Shown: positions 1-7,899, counted from the stretch's first letter. The stretch is DNA of 10,233 nt from Octopus sinensis (GCF_006345805.1 NW_021827600.1:1-10233), one strand, 5' to 3'. The notes: a model not told the origin generated them from the sequence alone. Numbers and translations are program-made.

Positions 1-12
1 ATATATACATAC

Positions 13-55
<43 letters not shown>

Positions 56-128
56 TACAATATATATATATATATATATAATATATATATATATTATATA
101 TAATAATATATATGTATGTATATATATA
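1..128. repeat. (TA)n-rich compound microsatellite
   Basis: Near-continuous TA dinucleotides with occasional C/G/AA interruptions. Confidence 0.95.
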
Positions 129-511
129 GCAAATGAAAGCTATATATTTCTCAATCACAACAAGTGTTCGACACATCTCGCATCGATTCCTCTTTTCTCA
201 CTGGATTACGTGTTCATTTCTTTTTTTGTCATCTGTGATTTTAATTTTGATCTTCTATATCTAATTGAAGATATTTCCTCCGTCTGGCTGCTTTTCTCTC
301 TACAAAATGGGAAGTTATATTGCTGAACAATCATTTTAACGAGTTGTATTTGTTTATCACTCGACGAGATACATCTGCACCACCGGATGCCCTCGAACCA
401 GTGGTTGAGTGTCACACGCAAGAGGAATCGATGCTAGATTTGTTGAAACAATTGTTGCGATTAATAATAAACTCTCGTATATTCCATCTTCTGTCTTTCA
501 TTTGCTATATA
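123..511. mobile_element. Foldback/MITE-like element or inverted duplication with bipartite inverted repeats
   Basis: Outer perfect 17-bp IR: 123-139 tatatagcaaatgaaag / 495-511 ctttcatttgctatata. Inner IR: 153-194 / 420-462, 37 of 43 aligned positions identical by hand count, including a perfect 15-bp core gcatcgattcctctt/aagaggaatcgatgc. Both ends lie in TATA. Confidence 0.5.
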
Positions 512-558
512 CCTAACGATCACTCTGAAAGTCACCGTGCTTCACCATCAAGCTATCA

Positions 559-585
559 GATAATAAAACCATTCGTTTTATTATC
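559..585. other. Perfect 11-bp hairpin
   Basis: GATAATAAAAC (559-569) - cattc - GTTTTATTATC (575-585). Confidence 0.75.
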
Positions 586-671
586 CATTGTACATCAGTA
601 TATTCCGACGGGGTGAACGTAGTACAGTAGTAAACTACAATTAGAACTCCATGTTTAAACAGAAGACAGAC

Positions 672-798
672 ACTTGATTTTTTTTTTCTTGGGCATGGCC
701 AGATTTTACAAAACCTTTCTACAGAGGGAAGACTATTGTCTGAGAAGTCCAGTGTCGAAACATCTGGCCATGTTGTAAGGAGACACTAAAAATCAAGT
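672..798. mobile_element. Small MITE-like inverted-repeat element
   Basis: Two nested perfect 11-bp IR pairs: acttgattttt 672-682 / aaaaatcaagt 788-798, and catggccagat 694-704 / atctggccatg 762-772. Confidence 0.5.
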
Positions 799-888
799 AT
801 TCCCCTATATACGTACACACATATATGTATGAGTATATATATATTTTCCAGTAAATATCGGTACTTCGTTGTACCATTTATTTACTTT

Positions 889-966
889 TATATGTATATA
901 TATATATATATATACCCCCTATATATATACATGCATATATATGTATATATATATATATATATATAC

Positions 967-1020
<54 letters not shown>

Positions 1021-1097
1021 ACATATACACACATGTGTAAATGGAATATACATATATATATATATGAATGTATATGTATATGTAAATATACATATAT
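889..1097. repeat. (TA)n compound microsatellite
   Basis: TA-dominated tract with TACA/TATG interruptions. Confidence 0.95.
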
Positions 1098-1257
1098 TTT
1101 TTATTTGTATGTGTGCATGTATGTTTACATTTTGGATCTTTTCAATTGTTTTCTGTTACTGAAACACAATTTTTACAATTTAAGAATTTAAATACATTTA
1201 ATTAAACACTATGTATATGCTTATATACATGCACACTCACACAGAAATATATTTGTG

Positions 1258-1336
1258 TGTATGTATGTATGTATGTATGTATGTATGTACGTATGTATGT
1301 ATGTATGTATGTATGTATGTATGTATGTATGTATGT
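1258..1336. repeat. (TATG)n tetranucleotide microsatellite
   Basis: Nearly pure gtat/tatg array with one C substitution near 1290. Confidence 0.95.
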
Positions 1337-1490
1337 ATATGTATATATTAAATACATATATTTATATATGTATGTATCCTTGTATTTACACACATACACC
1401 CACACATACAGATATCGTGTTCCCAAGTTTAGACAATAAACAAAATTTAGCAAGACATGTGTATATGTATATATATATATATATATATAT

Positions 1491-1800
1491 CACCGTGATC
1501 ACCGTGACCGACCAGGCTATCAGATGTTGCTACATATCGCTGGTCACAATGCGCTTCGCATTGTTTTAGCCTTCAAATAACGCCACCCCGCTGGCTAAGC
1601 GAGCAGGCCAACAGAAGAAAGAGTGAGAGAAAGTTGTGGCGAAAGAGTACGGCAGGGTTCGCCACCACCCCCTGTCGGAGCCTCGTGGAGCTTTTAGGTA
1701 TTTTCGCTCAATAAACACTCACAACGCCCGGTCTGGGAATCGAAACCGCGATCCTACAACCGCGATGCCGCTACCCTAACCACTGGACCATCGCGCCTCC
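1491..1800 (-). mobile_element. Full-length tRNA-derived SINE
   Basis: The minus strand begins GGAGGCGCGATGGTCCAGTGGTTAGG...GGTTTCGATTCCCAGACC, a tRNA-like head with A and B boxes. A GC-richer body follows, then an 8-bp 3' stem-loop (1546-1564) and a tail of tandem 9-mers (tcaccgtga x2, 1490-1507) running into (TA)n. Resembles an abundant octopus SINE from recall (not searched). Confidence 0.88.
1736..1790 (-). promoter_or_regulatory. Internal RNA polymerase III promoter (A box and B box) of the SINE
   Basis: A box TGGTCCAGTGG at 1790-1780 and B box GGTTTCGATTCC at 1747-1736, with tRNA-like spacing. Confidence 0.75.
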
Positions 1801-1814
1801 ACACACACACACAC

Positions 1815-1862
<48 letters not shown>

Positions 1863-1890
1863 GTATATATATATGTATATATATATATAT
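1801..1890. repeat. (CA)n/(TA)n microsatellite
   Basis: acacacacac followed by TA/TATG repeats. Confidence 0.95.
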
Positions 1891-1913
1891 AGGTCGAGAT
1901 AATGAATGGTAAA

Positions 1914-1988
1914 GTGTCTTAGTCATTACACCCTGTGTCTTGATTATTCAACATCTGAAAACTTTCTGACTAATCATCAGGCGAATAA
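1914..1988 (-). ncRNA. Degenerate hammerhead ribozyme motif
   Basis: Minus strand: CTGATGA (1980-1974), then a perfect 7-bp stem II TTAGTCA/TGACTAA (1973-1967 / 1925-1919), then GACAC (GAAAC with one change). Stems I and III are not recoverable. Confidence 0.35.
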
Positions 1989-2119
1989 ACACAGCTGTTC
2001 CACGGGAGTATTCATATATTCTTGTCGAACGGGTTTGCATTATCGTCTGATGAGCGTACGGAAATAATTCAGAATATGAAACTTCAAACCGCTGTGTATA
2101 AACACTAAAAGCACAATAC

Positions 2120-2292
2120 CTATATATACATATACATACTCATACATGCAAACACAAGCACACCCTTTATACATGCATTCATACATATACATATGTATAT
2201 ATATATATATATACATATACATATGTGTATATATATACATATCACACATATGGTGTTTATATATATATATATACATACATACATACATACAC

Positions 2293-2343
<51 letters not shown>

Positions 2344-2372
2344 GTATAGTGTGTGTGTGTTGTGTGTGTGTG
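2120..2372. repeat. Compound (TA)/(CATA)/(TG) microsatellite region
   Basis: Alternating simple repeats. Confidence 0.9.
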
Positions 2373-2487
2373 TATTATAAATTCTCAGGATCCGATAGAA
2401 TCTCTCAGCTGTAACTAAGATTGGAGAATCAATATGCATTATGTTCTATTTATGTGAAAAATTCTAAAGGTTAAGTTTTACTCTTCA

Positions 2488-2581
2488 TTCACCTGAAGAA
2501 AAGGTTTTTTTAAAAAAATTTTTACATGATGTAATCGCTTTGTTCACCAACAGAGAACACGTCTGAAACAGCTGTAGTGAA
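2488..2581 (+). ncRNA. Type I minimal hammerhead ribozyme motif (Penelope/retrozyme-like)
   Basis: Stem I ttcac 2488-2492 / gtgaa 2577-2581; core CTGAAGA 2493-2499; GAAA 2565-2568; palindromic stem III ACAGCTGT 2568-2575; GTA cleavage triplet 2574-2576. Stem II closure is weak (A2500-T2564 only). Confidence 0.6.
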
Positions 2582-2630
2582 ACTCAACCCGTCTGTATTA
2601 TTGTTTATATATACATATGTATATAGATAT

Positions 2631-2886
2631 TTGAGCAAAGCACTTTATTTCACGTTGCTCCAGTTCACTCAACTGTAGAAATGAGTTGCGACGTCACTGG
2701 TGCCAAGCTGTATCGACCTTTGTCTTTTCCTTGGATAACACTGGTGGCGTGGAGAGGGGAGGCCGGTATGCATGGGCGACTGCTGGTCTTCCATAAAAAC
2801 AACCTTGCCCAGACTTGTGTCTCAGAGGGTAACTCTCTAGGTGCAAACCCATGGTCACACATGACCGAAGGGGGTCTTTACCCTTT
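2631..2886 (+). mobile_element. 5'-truncated CORE-type SINE
   Basis: 2631-2685 TTGAGCAAAGCACTTTATTTCACGTTGCTCCAGTTCACTCAACTGTAGAAATGAG aligns by eye to the MIR/CORE domain (TTGGGCAAGTCACTTAAC...CTCAGTTTCCTCATCTGTAAAATGGG, from recall). A GC-richer 3' body ends in an interrupted stem-loop (2847-2875) and a tcttta-cccttt tail. No tRNA head upstream. Confidence 0.78.
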
Positions 2887-3562
2887 ATATAGATATATTG
2901 CATGTATATGTATATATTCCTACATACATATATACATACGCTCATATGTCTGCATGTATGTACACAATCTTTTCATTTATACATCCATGCCATGTGAATT
3001 TGCATTTAATGTTGGGGAATATTGCGTGCGGATATGTACCTAATATATTCATGTATATGCGTATATGTACATATATATTTGTTCGTTTGTACACACGTTT
3101 CCCTTTTTCTGTATGTATATAAACACAAACATATACAAAACATACATACATACATATATATATATATATGTCATTCTATACACTTTAAGGTGGTTATACT
3201 GTTGAAAGTCATGTAACTGCAGTAGTTGCTCTGAGGAAGCATCAAGTATGCTGCAGAGTGGTAAAAGATACAGAAGTGTAGACAAAAAGCGTCCAGCAGC
3301 GGCAATGGAATTGGTAAATCCGCTTCTGGTCAATTTCTTCTGTGCTACTGACAGTCTTTTGTGCTTTTTAGCACTATACGTCTATTCGAAATACTTTCTT
3401 GAGACAAATACCGCAGTGTTGTGACATTCTAATGTATATCCACGCTAAGCAGGATATACAGATTGCTATTTTTGTATTTTGATATAATACTTCTTCCGTC
3501 GCTAATAACGAACATATGTATGTATATATATATATATATAATATATATATATATATATCTAT

Positions 3563-3619
3563 AAAATTATAAATTAGGGTATCTACGAGATACGTGTAGA
3601 TACCCTAATTTATAATTTT
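3563..3619. repeat. Perfect 24-bp inverted repeat with 9-nt spacer
   Basis: aaaattataaattagggtatctac (3563-3586) - gagatacgt - gtagataccctaatttataatttt (3596-3619). Confidence 0.92.
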
Positions 3620-3707
3620 TATAATTATTACATTTGAAGGTAATTTTTTTCCATGCTGGCCACTTGATAAAATCGTTATTTTATTTTAAATTAACGATCT
3701 TATCTTT

Positions 3708-3816
3708 TATATATATATATATATATTATAATATATAATAATAGTATATATATATATATACGTGTGTGCGCGTGTTTTAGTGCGTGTGTGCATATGTATA
3801 CATGTACATACGTATG

Positions 3817-3847
<31 letters not shown>

Positions 3848-3866
3848 TGTATGTATGTATGTATAT
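3708..3866. repeat. (TA)n / (TG)n / (TATG)n compound microsatellite
   Basis: Simple repeat arrays. Confidence 0.9.
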
Positions 3867-3867
3867 A

Positions 3868-4240
3868 TGATTATACAATTCATTGATATAAGGAAAAGGC
3901 CATGCCCAATGTTTTATTGTGTTGTAGAGGCATATCTGAGTGTCTTCTGATCTGTGAGTGTAAAGGGTGAGTCCCCTTTATGAAGATCATCTGACACTTA
4001 CATATATATCGCTAAGATAAATATTTCAATTACCTGAAGATTGACTGTAACCATAACTCGAATTATTACGAATGGACAGCCATGAAACGATCGTAGTGTT
4101 TTACTCATTATCTTTTATTAAACTTTTAACACTTTTGATATATATTTAAAATAATATAAATTAATTATTTAAATGTTATTGGGCTTAAGTTTTTCATTGT
4201 TTGATTTGCCTAATAGTGGTTTTATCTCTAATTTAATATA
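3868..4240 (+). mobile_element. Candidate non-autonomous Penelope-like/retrozyme element carrying a hammerhead motif
   Basis: Non-coding island of about 370 bp bounded by (TATG)n and (TA)n and containing the hammerhead motif at 4031-4098. Its right end (ccactattaggcaaatc on the minus strand) resembles a recurrent cephalopod repeat terminus from recall. Boundaries approximate. Confidence 0.45.
4031..4098 (+). ncRNA. Type I minimal hammerhead ribozyme motif
   Basis: Core CTGAAGA 4034-4040. Extended stem II: tgactgt 4042-4048 / acagcca 4076-4082 (6 of 7 pairs), ccat/atgg, tcg/cga. GAAA 4084-4087; palindromic stem III ACGATCGT 4087-4094; GTA triplet 4093-4095; short stem I tac/gtg. The 10.1-11.1 position is a T-T mismatch. 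Confidence 0.65.
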
Positions 4241-4251
4241 TAATAATATAT

Positions 4252-4300
<49 letters not shown>
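4240..4300. repeat. (TA)n microsatellite
   Basis: TA array. Confidence 0.95.
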
Positions 4301-4304
<4 letters not shown>

Positions 4305-4561
4305 GCTAAAGCGACACCGACCAATCACATGCTCCACCTCCACCCCTGCTGCTGTTGATGGTAGGCTGTGCCTATTAATATTTACCTCCTTCAGGCAAGT
4401 GGACTGGTCCATTTGGAAAATAAAAAGTGCATTAACCACGAACAGCTCATTCTGAAACCGGGGGCCACAAGGTGATGTTTCGTCTTTTATGTTTCTCTTA
4501 ATCTTTAAATAAGCTGTTTGTGTCTAAACGTTGGTTATTTCGTATAATTTCCAATTGATAC

Positions 4562-4645
4562 TGTTGTTGATTTGGCAACCCAAGTCAGGAATGAGTGAGC
4601 AGAGAAATGATCAAAGGCGTTCTAGCCGTGACTATTCCATTTTTT
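4562..4645 (-). mobile_element. Diverged 3' fragment of a SINE/LINE-type repeat
   Basis: gagcagagaaatgatcaaaggcgttctagccgtgactattccattttt resembles, from recall only, the reverse complement of a common cephalopod retroposon 3' end with an (AAC)n tail (tgttgttg at 4562). Confidence 0.35.
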
Positions 4646-4960
4646 GTTTGTTTGTTTTGCTTCTCTTTGTTTGTTTTAGAGTGACTCTATGACAACGTTG
4701 TCCGATATAACTCAATCTGTTTTATTACTGTATGATGTGATTTGGGGGAGATTTGGTTGCTTCGTTTAGCAAACCGTGCGACCACGCAGAGGTTCTTTTG
4801 GAAAGTTCTTTCGCAAGCTTATCCTCCAATATGGAACTGAGTATTGAAGTTTCATAATGCTAGTAACAGTTTTACATACGGAGCATTTGAAATGGATCTC
4901 ATTTCTCCTCCAACGATACGACAAGTTCAATTTTAAATATGTCCGAGAGAATAACACAGA

Positions 4961-5053
4961 AAGAAAAAGAGGGAGAGAAAGAGAGAGAAAGAGAAAGAGA
5001 TAGGAAAAGAGAGAGAAAGAGAAAGAGATAGGAAGAGAAAGAGAAAGAGAGAG
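4961..5053. repeat. GA-rich polypurine tract with a 28-bp-period tandem duplication
   Basis: gagagagaaagagaaagagataggaa at both 4981-5006 and 5009-5034; almost all purines on the + strand. Confidence 0.85.
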
Positions 5054-5172
5054 AATCAATCTGAGATTGTTTAGAAAATATCATTTACATTTAAACGCAG
5101 TTGCTATATATATATATAAAGTTAATCCAAACAAGAAAACAAAAAAGACAACAACGCAAAGAGGTGGAACAA

Positions 5173-5175
<3 letters not shown>

Positions 5176-5212
<37 letters not shown>

Positions 5213-5269
5213 TAATATATATATTATATATATAATATATATGTATATATATATATATATAATATATAT

Positions 5270-5301
<32 letters not shown>

Positions 5302-5320
5302 ATATATATATATATATAGA

Positions 5321-5360
<40 letters not shown>

Positions 5361-5428
5361 ATATGTGTGTGTGTGTGTGTGTGTATGTATACATTATATA
5401 TATATATATGTATATAATTTATATATAT

Positions 5429-5461
<33 letters not shown>

Positions 5462-5478
5462 TATATATATTATATTAA

Positions 5479-5510
<32 letters not shown>

Positions 5511-5539
5511 ATATAATAATAATATATATATATATATAG

Positions 5540-5576
<37 letters not shown>

Positions 5577-5661
5577 TATATATATTATATATATATATAC
5601 ATATATATACATATAATACATATATATATATATATTATACATACCCACACACACCACACAC

Positions 5662-5701
<40 letters not shown>

Positions 5702-5810
5702 TTATAACACATATATATATATACGTATACATATACATAAATGTATATGTGTTGTGTGAATACACACATACACACACGCACATCATATATATATATATTA
5801 TGTTATATTA
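5176..5810. repeat. Large (TA)n-dominated compound microsatellite block
   Basis: TA arrays with TG and CA sub-tracts. Confidence 0.95.
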
Positions 5811-5888
5811 AATGTTATTTAAATTGTTTGTTTATATTCTAATGTTCTGGGTTAGCATTTTCGAAGTCACGTGACAAGCTTCCTTGCT

Positions 5889-5921
5889 CAGCAGCAGTGG
5901 CAGAAGCAGCAGCAGCAGCAG
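5889..5921. repeat. Interrupted (CAG)n trinucleotide repeat
   Basis: cagcagcagtggcagaagcagcagcagcagcag. Confidence 0.85.
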
Positions 5922-5976
5922 ACACCCTGGGGCATATTTATCATCACCACACCACTCACAACTACCGTACACACGT

Positions 5977-6008
<32 letters not shown>

Positions 6009-6052
6009 GAATATGTTGGTAGTTTTCAAATTTGTCAGGAGTCCTTGACACT

Positions 6053-6355
6053 GTGTATATATGCGTGTATATTATATATATATACATATATAATATATAT
6101 ATATATGTGTATGTATATAAACATATATATATGTATGTATATATACATATATATATATATAATATATATATATTATATATATACATATATATACATATAT
6201 ATACATATATATATATATATACATATATATACACATATATATATATATATGTATGTATGAATATAAACATATATATATATACATAAATATATATATGTAT
6301 GTATATATACATATATATATATATATGCATATATATATATATATATATATATATA
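6053..6355. repeat. (TA)n/(TACA)n compound microsatellite
   Basis: Simple repeat arrays. Confidence 0.95.
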
Positions 6356-6425
6356 CACGCATTGTTTCAACTTGATGAGGTTGGTATATTACGTTGTTTT
6401 ATACTTGTTGTAGACATGACAATAG

Positions 6426-6528
6426 TGATGATGACGATGATGGTGACGATGATGATGATAATGATGACGATGATGACGCTAAGGGAGGCGGTAGTGGTGG
6501 GGTGGTGAGGTGGTGGAGGTGGTGAGGT
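6426..6528. repeat. (GAT/GAC)n followed by (GGT)n-rich trinucleotide repeats
   Basis: gatgatgacgatgatggtgac... followed by ggtggtgaggtggtggagg... Confidence 0.85.
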
Positions 6529-6629
6529 GCTGTTCGTTTTGTCACAATCGCTGTAATGTAGGTTTATTTTAATCGCCAAGGTCCCAGTTGGTTTGTGCTG
6601 TGTGTCATAGTTTCTCTCTATTACCTTGT

Positions 6630-6692
<63 letters not shown>

Positions 6693-6744
6693 ATATAAGT
6701 ATATATAATATATATATATGTAATATATATTATATATATATATC

Positions 6745-6790
<46 letters not shown>

Positions 6791-6818
6791 TATTATATAT
6801 ATATATATATATATACAA

Positions 6819-6851
<33 letters not shown>

Positions 6852-7166
6852 AGTGTATATATATATATATATGTTGTGTATATTTATTTATGTCACAGTA
6901 ATATGCTTCATTTTAGAGCAGACATCGTTCTCTATATATATATATACACACACATATTATATATGTGTATATATACTACATATATATTACATATATATAT
7001 ATGTGTGTGTGTGCATGTATATTCATATATATGTGCACTTATATACATATATATATATAATATATATATATGCATGTATATATATATATATGCATATATA
7101 TATGCATACATACACATACATATATATACTTATATATATACATAGATAGATAGATAGATACATACA

Positions 7167-7197
<31 letters not shown>

Positions 7198-7203
7198 GTA
7201 TAT
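6630..7203. repeat. Large (TA)n compound microsatellite ending in (TAGA)n(CATA)n
   Basis: Simple repeat arrays. Confidence 0.95.
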
Positions 7204-7369
7204 ACACTTGTTTACGTTATTCACGCTGTTATTTCGTATTCTTCTTTGTTAGAGTTTTTATTTTATTATTCTTTCTTTTATTGTTGCTGCTGCTGCTGCT
7301 TTTTTGCGTCACTAGTTCCAGTATCCTCAATACCAAAGCGCCAGATTTCTTTTGTCCTGCTACATTGTT

Positions 7370-7605
7370 CCAGCAGGGAGAATCGTCGGAGCCACGGGTG
7401 GGGGTGGGGGCAAAAATGCTTTTACACAATTTCTTTTCGGCTTTTTTACATTGTGAGTTCAAATACTGACAAGTTCAACATTGTCATTCAAACCTTTCGG
7501 AGTCGATACATTAAAGTACCAGTTATATAACTGGGATCAATAGCATCGACTAATTTCTTCCACTCAATATTGCTCGTCTTGTGGGTAAACCCAAAACAAT
7601 TATTG
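7370..7605 (+). mobile_element. Diverged tRNA-derived SINE followed by a (TAT)n tail
   Basis: B-box-like GAGTTCAAATAC at about 7455-7466. Central module cctttcggagtcgatacattaaagtaccag...ctgggatcaatagcatcgact (7493-7551) forms a hairpin (agtcgat/atcgact; 16-bp palindrome ccagttatataactgg at 7519-7534). A (TAT)n array follows. Family match is from recall. Confidence 0.55.
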
Positions 7606-7627
7606 AGTGAGAGAGCAGCGCATGCCA

Positions 7628-7676
7628 TCATATTATTACCATTATTATCATTATATTATTATTATTATTATTATTA

Positions 7677-7716
<40 letters not shown>

Positions 7717-7731
7717 GTTATTATTATTATA
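7628..7731. repeat. (TAT)n trinucleotide microsatellite
   Basis: attattatt array. Confidence 0.95.
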
Positions 7732-7898
7732 TGTTTGACTTTTGCTTTATGTTTGTACAAGTTGGCTCCAAGTCTCACCCAGAGAACTTAAGAGACAACA
7801 GGTTGGAAGTTCACATTGTTGTTATGCCTAGTGTGCCATATATTAGTTTTTTTTTTTTGGTGTTGTACTAGTGAATGTCTAATAAATGAATAAAAAAA

Positions 7899-7899
<1 letters not shown>

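Noticed and set aside
1725-1800. Possible tRNA gene on the minus strand
   Set aside because: A and B boxes are present, but the acceptor and anticodon stems do not close and the sequence continues into a SINE body and tail.
3226-3260. CTGAGGA with a 5-bp stem AGCAT/ATGCT as another hammerhead
   Set aside because: It is followed by GCAG instead of GAAA, with no stem III or stem I; the segment folds better as a plain ctctg/cagag hairpin.
3209-3400. Open frame SCNCSSCSEEASSMLQSGKRYRSVDKKRPAAAMEL... as an exon
   Set aside because: No recognisable homology, a poor polypyrimidine tract and weak splice sites.
3433-3460. 9-bp hairpin tgtatatcc/ggatataca
   Set aside because: Short and AT-rich, with no ribozyme core or element terminus associated.
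4863-4955. Peptide VTVLHTEHLKWISFLLQRYDKFNFKYVRENN, vaguely like Ty3/gypsy RNase H
   Set aside because: The resemblance needs a large deletion and no other pol motifs flank it; too weak to call.
5871-5975. PolyQ/polyA-encoding exon from the CAG run
   Set aside because: Short trinucleotide microsatellite without a convincing donor site.
6411-6530. Acidic poly-Asp/Gly exon or G-quadruplex
   Set aside because: Explained by (GAT)n/(GGT)n microsatellites; mostly GG runs, so at best a weak two-tier G4.
869-7224. The many 60-130 aa YI/MYV/HT-rich ORFs
   Set aside because: These arise because TA, TATG and CATA repeats lack stop codons in some frames; they are not proteins.
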